Assembly (NCBI RefSeq): GCF_020745735.1
Contig: NC_083409.1
Coordinates: 9,785,534-9,849,533, forward strand
Direction: 5' to 3'
Source: Hemiscyllium ocellatum
Lineage: Eukaryota
DNA: 64,000 bases
Shown piece by piece: positions 1 through 13,780 of this stretch (position 1 is the first letter of the stretch; each line of letters starts with the position of its first letter). Under the pieces are notes generated by a model. That model did no database searches, was not told the DNA's origin, and saw nothing but the letters and a program-made list of their open reading frames with translations. The translations under genes and the position numbers were made by a program.

Positions 1-539
1 CCGAGAGACTGATTCATCAGCCGAGGGAGAACAGTACATGGTAATCAGCGGGAGAATTCATAGTATCATACAGAATAGAAGAGGCCCTTCGCCCCATCAG
101 GTCTATGTCACCAACGCAACACTAAATCAACACAACACCCACATTCCAGAAGTGGGCCCATAATCCTAAATGTTCAGTCATTTCAGGTGCTCATCCAAGT
201 ACTTTGTGGAGGTTGTGAGGTTTCCCACCTCAACTCTCCTCCCAGGCATTCCCGACCCCCACCCTCTGTGAAAAAGCGTTTCCTCAAATCCCCTCTAAAG
301 CTGCTGCCTTTCACATTGAATGTGAGCCAACTTGTTCTTGACCCTCCCAGTCAGGGGTACAGCTATTTACTATCACCCTGTCTATTCCCCTCATAACCTT
401 TTCCCCCTCCATCAGGATCCCCCCCCCCCACTCCCCAAACCTTCTCTGCTCCAAAGAAAACAGCAGGAGCTTATTCATCCTCTTCACATCTGAAATGTTC
501 CATCCCTGGGAACATTCTGGTGAATCTCCTCTGCATTCC

Positions 540-1240
540 CTCTAGTGTAATCACATCCCTCCTGCAGTGCGGAGACTACAACTGCACACAATGCTCCAGC
601 TATGGCCTAACTACTGTTCTGCATTGCTCTAACATATCCTCCATGCTCTTTTAATCTGCACCTAAAATGATTAAGGCAAGTACCCCCCGATCGCCTTCAT
701 AACTGCCCTGTTAGCATTTTACATCTTCAAAAGTGCATCACCTCACATTTATCTGGTTTAAATTCCATCTGCCTCAGATCTGCCCGTCTGACCAATCTGG
801 TTATATCCTGCTGTAACTGAAAACCTTCTTCTTCACTGTCAACCATCCGACCAATCTTCACATCAAGCACAAACCCAGTTATCATCCACCTCCACATTCC
901 CTTCGGCATTGTTCCTGTATATCACGAGCAATGTGGGACCCAACACTGATCCCTGTGATATCCCACTGCACCCTGGACCCAGTCACACAAACAGCCTTCT
1001 AGCATCACCTTCTGTCACCTGTCACAAAGCCAAGTTTGGATCCAACTTGCCAAGTTATCCTGGGTCCCATAGCCTTGTATATCTCCTTTATCAGTCTCCC
1101 AAGTACAACCTTGTCAAAGGCCTTACTGAAATTCATATAAACCTCCGGCACCTCCCTCATCCACACAACTGGTCACCTTCTCGACAAAATTCCAAAAGAT
1201 TTGTTGGGCATGGCCTCCCTCTGACAAAGCCGAGCTGACT
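540..1240 (-). mobile_element. Decayed CR1-type LINE RT fragment
   Basis: Minus-strand translation has RT-like pieces (KIGRMVDSEEEGFQLQQDI...MEFKPDKCEVMHF) homologous to many other copies in the window. Confidence 0.8.
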
Positions 1241-3182
1241 ACCCCAATATGGAGATTCATTCGACCTTCAGAATTTTCTCCAATTGTATCCCTACCGCTG
1301 ATGAGACACCCACTGGTTTCCTTGTCCATATCTGGCCTGATGCCATGTGACTTCATCAGGCCTGGAGTCAATGTTGAGGATTTCCAGGGGTCACTCCCTC
1401 CTGGCTCTATATCACTGTGTCATCACCTCTGCTGAGTCTTTCCTGCTGGTGGGACAGGACCTACACAAGGGATGGTGAAGGTGGTGCCTGGGACACTGTT
1501 CGGTATAATTATGTGAATATGACTGTCAGGCTGTTGCTTGTCAGTCTAGTCTGTGAAACAGCTCTCCTGAATTTGACACTAGCCCGCAGATATTAGTAAG
1601 GAGGATGCAACAGGGTCGACAGGGCTGTGTTTGATGTTGTTTCCGGTGCCAAGTTCGAGGCCAGGTGGCCCATTAAGTTTCATTCGGTTTCTGAGACTTC
1701 CCAGCGATTGTTAGAATGGAGGGCCTTGCTCGGCCATTGCAGAAGGTGGTTAACAGTTAACCTCATTGCTGTGGGTCTGGAGTCACGTGTAGGCCAGACA
1801 AGGTAAGGACGGCAGATTTCCTTCCTGAAAGGACATCGGTCCTTCGCCTCAATATCGCTTTAACATAACCCTGATCACTCACAGATCAGAACTACTTTAT
1901 CCGAGAACATTGGAGCAGACTTGAATCAACGCACTTCAGGAAGGAGTCACGTTGGAAGAGCAACAAACAAGGATGGAGATGGAGACGTGGAGCTTCAAAT
2001 ACTGATCTTTGTACTTTGGTGGCACGCTTTGATGGCTGTTTGTTAGATCTTTGCGTATATTTTTTTTGCTGATCCCACTGCTAATCCGAAGGACACTCCA
2101 CCCTTCAGTCTGACAAACCAGATTCACCACCTTGCAGTCTGACAAACCAGGTTCACCCATTTCCAGGCTCTGTTTCTGGGCAAGGCTCCAGTCTTTCAAA
2201 GAGATGAATTCAAGCCTCACCAGTTTGATCATTTGAATTGTATGCCATTTATTTTGATTCCTCCTGGGATGGGGTGGGCGTTGAGTGTCGGTTATTTGTT
2301 GCTCTTCCTGAATTGTCCTGGAGATGGCGATGGTGAACCAAGTAATATCTGGGAAGCAAATGACAGGTCATTCCCACTGGAATCCACTGGAATGACTGCA
2401 GGTTTGTTTGTGGCTAATGGAAGGAGGTATTACCCATAATCCTCAGCAGCAGTGCAAGTACTCTATAGTTACTGGAAGGCAGCTGTTTCACTGTGCCCGC
2501 ACAATACAAAGTCAGAAGTCACACAACACCAGGCTCCAGCTTAACAGGTTAATTTGAAATCACAAGTTTTTGAAGCGCTGCTCCTTCGTCAGGTGTACCC
2601 CAGTCCACCATCGGTACCCCCACATTACTGAACAGTACAAATAACTAGGGCTCTGCGAGGATCCAACCGGCTCAATCTTAGAGAGTACAGCTCTCGAATC
2701 AGGATGCCACAATGAAAATGTCCTGCATGCTGTGATATATCAAAAAGAAATACATTGATGTGACTTTAGATTGTCTTCAGATTGTGCTTTTTTTCATTCT
2801 ATGATACATGTAGACAATGTCAGTATTGTCGGTATCACAAAGAATGTTCCCTCCATTAAACACTTTCCAACACACTCTCTCCATCTTGCTTTACTCCTTA
2901 TTGACTCTTTGACATTGTCCCTGTTCCCTCACTCCGTCCCGGTCCCCGAGGGATTGATGGCCGGAGTTCATGACCCCGCACTGTGTGAAGGTTGGTGTGA
3001 AGTGAGGCCAGTGTGTTGGAGCTTGGGCTCCTGCCTCAGGCCCAGGTGTAGGGGCCTGTTCAACAATCTGCACATTGTCTTTTTTCTCTTTCTGAATGAA
3101 CTGGATAAAGTTGCGTTCACGAGCTGGCAACAAGGTGTCTTGTCTAAAATGTTCCCAGCATTGGGCACAGATCTAGGTTAGT

Positions 3183-4240
3183 CACAGGAGACAAAGGGTA
3201 ACGCTGGAAGAACGGTTTTCAGAATGGAGGGCTGTGACTAGTGATGTTCCACAGGAATCAGTGGTGGGAACTCTCCTGTTCATGATGTCCATAAATGATT
3301 TGAAGCAAAGCGTAGCTGGTCCAATGAGTAAGTTTACGGTTGATACAAAGATTGGTAGAGTTGCAGATAATGAGAAGGATTGTTGGAGGATACAGCAGGA
3401 TATTATATCAGTTGGATGCATGGACAGAAAAATGGCAGATGTAGTTTAATGCAGCCAAATGAGAGGTGGTGCACTTTGAAAGGTGATGGACAGGTGGGAA
3501 TTATACAGTGAATGGCAGAATCCTTTGGAGTATTGATATGCAGAGGGATCTGGGTGTGTATGTTGACAGATCACTGAAGGTGGCAGCACAGGGAGGTAAG
3601 GCAATAAAAAAGGCTTATGGCCTGCTTGCCTTCATTGGAAGGGGCATTGATTATAAGGATAGACAAGTTATGCTGCAGCTTTATCGAACATTAGTTAGAC
3701 CACACTTGGAATATTGCACTCAGTTCTGGTCACCACACTACCAGAAGGATGTGGATGTTTTGAAGATGGTGCAGAAAATGTTTACCAGGATATTGTCTGG
3801 TATGGCGGATAGTAGTCCTGAAGAAAGGTTGGTTAGACAAGGTTTGTTTTCACTGGAATGTGGAAAAATGAGGCATGTCCTGGTAGAAGTTTATAAAGTT
3901 GTGAATGGGATATGTAGAGTGGAGAATATGAGGCTTTTTTCCCCAGGGTGGAGGGGTCACTTATTGGGAACAGAGGTTCAAAGGGTGAGGGAATTAAAAA
4001 GAGATGTGCGTGGCAAGTATTTCACACAACGGGAGTTGAATACCTGGAACACACTGCCAGAGGAAGGGGTGGAAGCAGACATAATAGAAATATTCAAGAA
4101 ATACCTGCACAAATGCATGAATAGGAAGGGAATATAGGGATATGAATCCTGTAGGTGAAGACAGTTTCAGTGAGGAAGGGCACAATGTGCCAGCACAGGC
4201 TTGAAGGGCCGAAGGGCCTGTTCCTGTGCTGTATTGCTCC
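3183..4240 (+). mobile_element. CR1-type LINE 3' part (RT C-terminus and 3' UTR)
   Basis: SGVPQESVVG-like and LYRTLVRPHLEYCTQFWSPH motifs, with stops and frameshifts. Confidence 0.88.
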
Positions 4241-6140
4241 TTGTTCTTTGGTCCCTGCTGTTGAATTGGATTCTCGGGAGCCAGCTCCGTATGAAGAGCC
4301 TGTTCTCATTCTTTTGTTGGAGTTCATGGGGCAGCTGCTGCTTCCTTGTTACGTCACTGATCAAACCAACAATGGGGAAAGCCTCTTGATATTTTAAATT
4401 CACTGTCTGCAGGAAAATGTTTGACCGAGGTTTTAATATTGTTTAATAAGATAATGACGTCAATACACCAGTGTTGTTTACGGCTGGGAACATTTAACAT
4501 CATAGTCTTCGTTTCAAACGGACTCTCACTCATGATAATACAGTTTTCAATGTTTCTCTCCCCGACGTGTTGTGAAGAAGTTTTTAAACATGTTTTGCTG
4601 AGGACAGTGCATCTTAGCACCGTGTGATGGAGTGGGTGTCTGTTTGAATTCTCACTTGTGATAATACAGTTTTAAATGTGTCAGTGTTACTTTCCCCACT
4701 CTCTGGGGGGAGTCGTTGTCACTGTCTGCACTCACCCTTCACTCTCGGGGTGATACCATTTTTAGCATCCTTTCTGTCTGAGAATGTCCCTGTTCTTGTC
4801 CCCCTCTCTCAGGGATGGGGTGGATATTTCACATGCACCTGGTATGTTAGTTCCATTTACTCTCTTGTGAAATGGATAATTCCTGTTTTACTCTGGTAAC
4901 AGTGAGTTAAAGCCCGGCACCGTTCACCCTTCATCTCCATCATATCTCAGGGCCTAATGTTGGTCAGTACTGTCTGGGCCCAGAACAATCCCACCACTTC
5001 CTGCAGTTTTCCTTCTTTCCTATCTTTACTGAACACCTTGTATCCAGGAATCCCCAGTCCCGCCCGAACTCTGTTAGAGCCACAGCATCTGATTCCCACT
5101 TGGCAATCTGCATCTGTAACTCCCCAATACTGTATTATTGACCCATTTCAGTCTGTTTCCCATCAGTCAGGGTCCTTAATTGGCAAAGGCTGCATTTAAC
5201 GAATCTCAATGATTGTGGAGACCTGGTGAGGTTGGGAAAAATCAGAAGGATCAGTTTTCCCATTTGGATTATGTACAGGGTCCGGGACGCAACAACCGGT
5301 ACCCGGGACTCCAGGGGGCCCGTTGTGCTCGGGTCTGGGACTGAGGAGCAAGAGCGGGGCCTGTAATCTCTGATCACTGTCCCTGATTTTTGGATCCTCT
5401 CTGATGGAGACCATTGTCAAATCCATTGTCAAGATCGCCACCTCTTGGCCTGGAGAAGCAAGAACATGCAGTGCTCGTGGGAATAATCTGAATGTGATCA
5501 GAGGACAAGATCCAAAATCATCCGACACCAGATTTATTAGAACAACAGGTTTATTAAAACCATACTCTTTCAGAGTCTCGCCCTTTCTTCAGGTGATCAG
5601 AGGAACAAGCAAGGTGAATTTAATCAAGAGGAAAACAAACTCTGCTATTCATTTCCTTCTCGGTTGACTCCATTCTCCTCAATGACATGAACACAAGGCA
5701 GGAATAAAGAATATAAGGACACCACCAGTGACCTCCTGAATTTCATAAGAAACCTCACCCAGCACTTTGATGAAAAGTAGGAGTATGTGAACAATACTTA
5801 GTGACAATATTTTCCTGCTTTTTCAGTTTTTAGCATCGATTCAAAGCAGAAAGAGTCTTTCTTTCTCCTTCCCTCCTTGAAACTCTTACTGAGATGATCA
5901 AACCCAGCCACAGTTCATGTGACGGGCTGAGGAATTGTCTAATGGTTGAGAGAGGGGACTGGGTCAGGATTACCTAGAATTCAGAAGGCTGGGATGAGAT
6001 TTCACTGAATCATTTCAAATTCTCCAGGGCCCTGACAAGGTAGATTTTGGAAGGATGTGCCCCTACCTGGGGATTCTAAAGCAGAGTCCCAGTCTGGGAA
6101 TAAGGGGTTAGACATTTTGATCAGATTTGAATAATGGGTG

Positions 6141-6410
6141 GCACATTGGCTGGCGTCACTACCTCACAGCGCTAGGGTCCTGGGTTTGATTCCACCTTCA
6201 GGCAACTGTCTGCGTTGAAGTTGCATGTTCTCCCTGTGTCTGCATGGGTTTCCTCTGGGTGCCTCAGTTTCCTCTCTCAGTCCAGAGAAGTGCAGGTTAG
6301 TTGGATTGGCCATGGAAGTGTCGGGTTAGGAGAGAGGGCTGGTTCTGGGTGAAATGCTGCTTGCACTTGATGGGCTGAATGGCCTTCTTCCACACAGGAG
6401 GGATTCTACG
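6141..6410 (+). mobile_element. Degraded tRNA-derived SINE (HE1/V-SINE-like)
   Basis: Similar to the well-preserved copy at 55328-55635. Confidence 0.7.
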
Positions 6411-6554
6411 TTGCTGTGGGTCTGGAGTCATATGTCAGTCAGTATGGGCAAGGACAGCAATCTGTTGGAGGTTCTCCCCCAACAACGGTCGTCATTAGAC
6501 TCTTAACTCCAGAGTCTTTTTGAATTTAAAATTCCACTCCATGCATTGCCAGGA

Positions 6555-6867
6555 TTTAGATTAGATTCCCTCCAGTATGTAAACAGGCCCTTCAGTCCAA
6601 TAAGTCCACACCGACCCTCTGAAGAGTAACCCACCCAGACGCATTCCCCATATTCACCCCTGACTATGGGCAATTTAGCGTGACCAATTCACCTAACCTG
6701 CACATCTTTGGATTGTGGGAGGAGACCGGAGCACCCGGAGGAAACCCATGCAGACACAGGGAGAATGTGCAAACTCCATAAAAGGCAGACACCCGACGCT
6801 AAAGTTGAACGTGGGATTCTGGTGCTGTGAGGCAGCAGTGCTAACCATTGTACCACCGTGCTGCCCC
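6555..6867 (-). mobile_element. tRNA-derived SINE (HE1/V-SINE-like)
   Basis: Reverse-complement match to 55328-55635, including the aatct tail. Confidence 0.85.
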
Positions 6868-7044
6868 ACGGTGATCCCAGATCCCTCAGAACATTACTTG
6901 GCACTTGTGATTAAGAATCTAGTGATGATACCATGAACTCACTGCCTCCACACATGTGTATTATCTCTATCTTGAATTTATTCAAACGCCTAAGTATTGA
7001 TGAGTATCCCAAAGATTCAAAACCCTCTGAGTGAAGAAATTCAT

Positions 7045-7290
7045 AGCATCCCTACAATGTGGAAATAGGCCAATCAGCCCAAACTGCTTCTCCAAAGAAC
7101 ATCTCACCCAGACCCACTCCCCTATAACCTTGTATTTCCCAATGCCATTCCACCTAACCATCATGTTTGTGGACTGTGGGAGGGAACCAGATCACCGGGA
7201 GGGAATCCAGGCAGACACAGGGAGAACGTGCAAACTCCACACAGTCAGTTGCCCGAGGGTGGAATTAAACATTGGTCCCAGTGCTGTGCC
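7045..7290 (-). mobile_element. Partial HE1/V-SINE-like copy
   Basis: Central domain (gcagacacagggagaacgtgcaaactccacacag) matches the other copies. Confidence 0.7.
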
Positions 7291-7822
7291 ACCCCACTTG
7301 ATTCTGGGCAATGAATGCTAACATAGCAAGTGATGCGCAATCCAGTAAATGAATTAAGAAAAGATCAGTTAAGTTCTGGATAGGACTGTAATGGGTTACT
7401 CCCCACTTGCCTGGATGGATGCAGCTCCTAAAACAATCAAGAAGCTTGATATCTTCCAGTACAAAGCAGCCTGCTTGATTGGCACCACACGGATAAACAT
7501 ACACTCCCTCCACCACTGATGCTCAGTAACAGCCGTGTGCACCATCTACAAGATGCACTGCGGGAATTCACACCAAGTCTCTTGAGACAGCACCTTCCAA
7601 TCCCACATCGTTTCCATGTAGAAGGACACAAAACACTACCAAAAACAGGTTCCCCTCCAATCCACATAGAATCTTGATTTGAAAATATATTACTGTTCCT
7701 CCAGTGTTGCTGGAATAAAATCCTGAAATTCCCCCCCGAAGAGCATTGAGGGTTTATCTACAGCACATGGACTGCAGTGGTTCAAGAAGACAGCTCACCA
7801 CCACCTTGCAAAAGGCAGAATT

Positions 7823-8140
7823 GTGGCTCAGTGGTCAGTGCTGCTACCTCACAGCACCAGGGACCTGGGTTCAATTTCACCCTGGGACGACTGTCTGTGT
7901 AGAGGTTGCACATTTTCCCCATGTCTGTGTGGGCTTCTTCCATACAGTCCATAGATGTGTTGGTTAGGAGGATTAGCCATGCCAAATTGCACATAGTATC
8001 GAGGGATGTGTTGGCTGGGTGGGTTGGCCGTGGGAAAAGCAGCAGTACAGGAATGGGGTAAGTCCAGATGGGATGCTGTTCGTTGGGTTGGTATGAATTG
8101 GATGGGCTGAATGGCCTGCTTCTACACTGTATGATGATTC
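7823..8140 (+). mobile_element. tRNA-derived SINE (HE1/V-SINE-like)
   Basis: A-box-like tggctcagtgg, B-box-like gggttcaatt, and the shared core. Confidence 0.75.
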
Positions 8141-8229
8141 CATGATTCACAAGGGCAACACAGAATGTGTTGTAAATGCTGGCCTAGACTGCAATACCCA
8201 TGTCCTCAGAGTGAGTTTTAAACAAAAAG

Positions 8230-9780
8230 ACCGTCTGCACTGCTTACTATTCCATCAGTCTTTGTATCAATGTGGAACTATGATTCTCGTTAATACATAC
8301 AGTAAGTAGTTATGGCCTCACCACAGAATCCTTGTGGAACACCACTCGTCACTTTCTTTCTCTGTTATTTATCACTAAACCAACCTCCAAACCAAGCCAA
8401 ACATTCATTTTCAATCCCATGGGTTTTAACTTTAGTCAGCAGACTGTTTAGTGGAAAATTATTAAGTACTTCTGAAAGTTGATAAGACTATATGCCCATT
8501 CAACTAATTTAGTTCATGCATTTGGTTCATTTGTCAGAACCTAACCGTCACAAATCTATGTGGGCTATTTGTAATTCTCTACGTATTCATTCTCTCAGTT
8601 ATTAATGATAGATTCCAATGAAACCCTCAAAAGAGATGTCAGATTGACCAGGATATAATTTTCTCGGTTCCCTCTCTCATCTTTCTTGAACCCGTGGAGT
8701 TACAGCAGGACATTTTCCAAAATAAAGGAATGTTTGCTGCTTTGGAACCTGATGGGAAAAGCTTCTGAAAATTCTTCCGCACCCCACCCCATCTCACCTC
8801 CCCCCCCCCCCCAACCTTCCTTTAAGCCTCTGAGGTCCTGGAGATCTGTCAGCATTTAGAGGTGCTCACTCTCCAATGCTGTTTTCTGGCACATATCAAG
8901 TTTCATGAAGTCCAGTCTTCAATTCATTACTAACGTCCCTGGAATGGAAGCTGCATTATCCCGTTCCTTGACTGTGAAGACTGACTCAACGAATTATTGT
9001 ACATATCAGCCAATCCCTTAGTCTCATTCATGGAATTCCCAGTTTGTTTTTAAAGGGCTCACATTGCACTGGAGCCCCCTTGATTTTCTAATTTTCCTGT
9101 AAAATATTTGTGTTATTCTTGTGACCCCTTGCAGGTCTCTTTCTCCATCACTTTCTGTAACTCTTGCTTCCTTTTTGTCTTCCTTTGCAGTTCTTCATAT
9201 CTTCCTTCAGTTGCCTGAATTCTCACTGATATTCCCACATTCGAGTGTTCTCACCTTTCGTTTTCTGTTTTATCCACTTATTTTGTCAGCGACGATGTAT
9301 AAACAAGTGGAGACCTGTTCCATACTGAGCTGAATACATCTTTAACCATCTCCCCATCTCATTGGGAGTCTGATCTGACAATTTTGGCTGACACCAATCT
9401 CTATTGCATTCAGATAATGTTCCATCCTTTCAGTCATCAAGAATCTATCTAACTCTGCCTTAAAAATATCTAAAGATTCTGCATCCACTGCCTTTTAAGA
9501 AAGGGAATTCCAAAGACTGACAACTCTGAGAGGAAAAACATGTTTCTGCATCTCTGTTTTGAATGGACTCTCCCTTAATTTTAAACTGTGATCCCTAGTT
9601 CTGGATTCTCCCACAAGAGGAAACATCCTTTCCACATCCACCCGGTCAAGGCCCCTCAGGATCTTGCATGTTGCAATGAAGCCTTGCATTCAGTTTCCCC
9701 TCACAACACACCAGAATGTTCTATGAGCTTTCCTGATGACTTGTTGTACCTACACCCTAACCTTCTGTGATTAATGCACA
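8230..9780 (-). mobile_element. Mosaic of decayed CR1-type LINE fragments
   Basis: Minus-strand pieces such as LRGLDRVDVERMFPLVGESRTRDHSLK. Confidence 0.65.
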
Positions 9781-9789
9781 GAGATCCAG

Positions 9790-10085
9790 ATATGGTTCCG
9801 GGGTCACAGTCTCAAATCCCACCGTGGCAGATGGGGGAATTTGAAATCAATTTTAAAAATCTGCAATTAGGAGCCTAATGATGACCATGAATCCATGTCG
9901 ATTGTCAGGAAAACCCATCTGGTTCACTCATGTCCTTTAGGGAAGGAACTGCCGTCCTGACCTGGCCTACATGGGAATCCAATCCTACAGCAATGTGGAT
10001 GACTGTTAACTGCCCTCTGGGGCAATTAGGGGTGGGTAATAAATGCTGTCCTAGTCAGTGATGCCCTCATTCTGTGAATGAATTA
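9790..10085 (+). mobile_element. Second high-copy SINE-like repeat (family not identified)
   Basis: Reverse-complement copies occur at ~1740-1836, ~6411-6540, ~15445-15550 and ~35915-36270. Confidence 0.7.
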
Positions 10086-11029
10086 AAAAGAAAATTCTGT
10101 CTATAAACAATCAACATAAAGTTTAAAGTCATTTGTAATTAATGAGCAGCCTTTGTTACAGACCCTCATTATCTCCTGATTTATTCTCTTTCCCACCATA
10201 AAGCTACTGTTAGGAAGCATGGAGACTATTCCCACCAGATCTTGGATCTCTTCCCTATTTGTGCTGCTTTCCAGAACACAAGCATCTTCCTGCTCCAGCC
10301 TCCATTCCTCACCCTCACACTGTTCTCCCTCTCTCCACTCCTGACCTCTCACACTGTTCTGCAGCCTCCGCTCCTCACCCAGACCTGTTTAAGACCAGGG
10401 GTCATAAGATTAAGATGAAAGTATTTTTTGACCCAGTGTGTGGTAGCTACGTGGAACATGCTGCCTGAGAGGGTGGTGCAGCCTGAAAATCTCACAACCT
10501 TTAAAATACATTTGGATGAGCGCTTTTGATGCCAGTGTATAGGAGGCTCCAGACAACTGCGGATAAATGGGACTAATGTAGTTGAGTGTTTGTTGGTTAG
10601 CATTGACATGGTGGGCTGAAGGGTCTATTTCTGTGCTGTATGACTCTCGAAACTGGCTCCCTGGCTCTGTGAGGCAGTAGTGTTATGTCGTCCATATTTT
10701 TATGGAGGCACACAACAAAATCAGCACAAGGGACGATAAGAATTCAGCTCTTCCAGTCTTTGAAAACCTCACCATCACATCACCCAATTAGTAAATTAAA
10801 ACAAGCAATGGGTGACAAGCACAGCTCCCGCCAGGGTTGGGGGGGTGGGGGGTGACGTGGGTGGGAAGTGTTGGTGGGGAGGTGTGGTCACTGGTCAAAT
10901 AACAAAGACATAACAAGAGAGGGAGTGGGCCCAATTAAAATGGAAGGGGAGTGGTGTGGGTGGAATCTGTGAATGGATACTTACCCATCTGACAGAGTGA
11001 CCTCCATCTGGCAATCTATTTTACGCTCC

Positions 11030-11490
11030 ATAGAAACATAGAGGATAGGAGCAGGAGTAGGCCATTCAGCCCCTTCAGCCTGCTCTGCCATTCAAAGTTA
11101 TTGTGGCTGATCATTGAGCACTACACTGTAATTCCGCTCTACTCCCATATGCCTTGATTCTATAGCCACAAGAGCTATCTCTACCTCCTTCTTGAAAACA
11201 TAATGTTTTGGCCTCAAACACTTTCTGTGACATAGAATTCCACAGGCTCACCACTCTCTGGGTGAAGACATTTTTCATCGTCTCTGTCCGAAAGGGTATA
11301 CCCCTCAACCTTAAACTATGAGCCCTGGTGCTGAACTTCACACCATTGGGAACATCCAAACTCCATTTGTCTTGTCTGGTTCCAATTTTATAGCTTTCTC
11401 CAAGATTCCCTTCCTTCATTCTTCTCAATACCAGTGAAAACAATCCTTACCACCTCAACCTCTCGTTATACGTCAGGCCTGCCATCACAG
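11030..11490 (-). mobile_element. CR1-type LINE 3' end
   Basis: FTQRVVSLWNS motif and the typical 3' UTR. Confidence 0.8.
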
Positions 11491-12365
11491 AAATCAAATG
11501 GGATTCAGTAATTAATATTAATCAGCTCATTGTGGAACACAGACTTTGAAGGTCAGGGTTTGAAGATAATCATTGCCAATTCTGAAATTCAGGTTTCTGT
11601 TGCAGTAATCTCAATGGAATTATTGGATACAACAGCAGAAATATGGGAGGTGTAAATGGAGAGTGCAGACAGTGGCTGTGGATGCTGGGTGCAGATAGTA
11701 AGTGTCGACAGTGGTGTAGATGGTAGTGTAGACATGAGCAAGGCTTTGCGTGGTGACCAGACAAGTGGCTGTGTGTAATCACACGAAGAGCAGCCAGTGA
11801 GCCTGACACAGTCAGGGACAGCAAGGTCACATTGCTGCTTGCGAAGGTCACATTTCATCTGAAACTGCACTCCCTCATGACACACTCCCCTCTTGTCCCC
11901 ACATGCCTCATTACAACTCCTGGAGATGCCAGCCAACACCCTGTGCCCTCGCTCAGTCTCCATTGGCCTTGCCTCCATTAGCCTTGACCTTCCTTCCAAG
12001 CACCTAGTTGAGCCTTCACTGAAGCTTGAGCCATTTCCTCTGACACTTGATGATGAGTTTGCCATCTTGGAACAGCCTAACCTAGTCACCATTAACTTGC
12101 CCTGTCCTCTCAGCATGGAGCATAAATGGATACAGAGCAGAAAAGGCCCTTTGGCTCATTGAGTCTGCACCAACAAAGCTACCACAAAAGGCACTCTAAT
12201 CCCAACTTCCTGCACTTGGCCCAGATCCTTGAATGTTATTCTATTTAAAGATTGTGAGGTTTCCACCCTCCACTACCTTCCCTGGCACAGGGTTGTGTGT
12301 TTATAGTTTATATCACCTCAGGCTCACGGAGATTAACAAAAGCTCAACTTTTTGGGCTTTTTTAA

Positions 12366-12560
12366 TGGGTGGCAAGGTAGCTCAGTGGTTAGCACTGCTG
12401 CCTCACAGCACTAGGGACCCGGGTCAATTCCAGCCCCAGGTGACTGCTTCTGTACAGTTTGCACATTCTCCCTGTGTCTGTGTGGGTTTCCGAACATGTG
12501 CAGGTTAGGTAAATTGGTCATGCTAAAATTGCCCATTGTGTTCAGGAATGTGTGAGTTTG
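12366..12560 (+). mobile_element. 5' part of an HE1/V-SINE-like element at the left border of duplication A
   Basis: gggtggcaaggtagctcagtggttagcactgctgcctcacagc head. Confidence 0.8.
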
Positions 12561-12975
12561 GGCCTCTTGGAGCTGCAAGAGTTTAACCTCCCTCCCTCAG
12601 ACAGCTCCACTTCCTGGAAGGTAATATTGCTGCATTTAATTTAGGGCTAATAGACCATTGAAATATGACTATGGCTCACCAGCATTAACTGGGCAGGCAG
12701 CCATTACTGCAATGACCCTGGCTCCAGAAAATCCCCTTGTAATCGGGGAACACATTAGGGAACACAGTGTGCACTGACTCTGAAGTCCCTCCCTTATTGA
12801 GAATACACTCTCAGTATTCACCTTTCTCAGCTACCATCTCAATTTCACGGTAAATTCTGTAAACTATGATCCTGCCCTGCTAGCTACCAGATGAAGGACC
12901 AGCACTCTGAAAGCTTGTACTTCCAAATAAACCTATTGGACTCTAACCTGGTGTTGTGTGATTTTTAACTTTGAC

Positions 12976-13780
12976 CATCTCACTGAGGTGCCATCTCAGA
13001 CTGAATTGTTTTTCATCTGAGATTTGAGAAGATTAAAGCCTTATCTTCAATCCCCATCACAAAGCCCATTCTCTATCCACCGCTAAGAGACAAATACCTC
13101 AGAGACACCTACAGGCATCACAGAGTTGCATACTCACACTCAGTGGGATACTGACAGGCAGTACAGAATAACACACCCACTCAGAGAGACACCTACAGGC
13201 ATCACAGAGTAACACATTCACACTCAGTGAGATATCGATGATCAGAACAGAATAACACACACACTGAGAGAGCCAGACAGCACTGAGTAACATGCTCACA
13301 CTCCATGCTGCCTGTAGGTGTCTCTCTGAGCGTGAGCAGGTTACACAGTTCTGCCAGTCAGTGTCTCTCCTCAGGCAGCTGGGGAAATTTGGCCATCTCA
13401 ATGAGCTGCCATCTCAGACTGAATCAGCTGAACTGTTTTTCATTCATGATATGAGAAAATTAAAGCCTAATCTTTAATCTCCAGCACAAAGCCCCATTCT
13501 GTATCCACCGTGAAGAGACAAATACCTCAGAGAGACACTGACAGGCTGCATTAAGTAACACACACAGTCAGAGAGACTGGCAGTACTGTGTAAAATGCTC
13601 ACATTCCATGCTGCCTGTAGGTGTGTCTCTGAGCATGAGCATGTTACTCAGTGCTGCCTGGAGGTGTCTCTCTTAATGTGGGTGTGTTACTCAGTGCTTA
13701 GTGTTGGTATCTGTCTGTGTAATACACACACACACACATACTCATACCTCAGAGAGACATGTACAAGCAGCATTAAGTAA
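12976..13780. repeat. Local ~420-bp tandem duplication with nested direct and inverted ~60-bp units
   Basis: 12976-13110 is similar to 13395-13530; repeated gagacacctacaggc / gcctgtaggtgtctc units. Confidence 0.8.

Noticed and set aside
1936-2232. 98-aa minus-strand ORF in apparently unique DNA
   Set aside because: No recognisable domain in any frame, and it includes a local 29-bp tandem duplication.
3508-4137. Long RT-like ORFs (also 20575-21808 and 60875-61372)
   Set aside because: Fragments of decayed CR1 ORF2 with flanking stops and frameshifts, not host genes or intact elements.
5196-5528. ORF with QAPLLLLSPRPE vaguely like an Ig C-domain start
   Set aside because: No Cys/Trp spacing of an Ig fold and no acceptor with a pyrimidine tract.
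10830-10960. G-rich tract with G-quadruplex potential
   Set aside because: Low-complexity sequence with no supporting context; common in such genomes.
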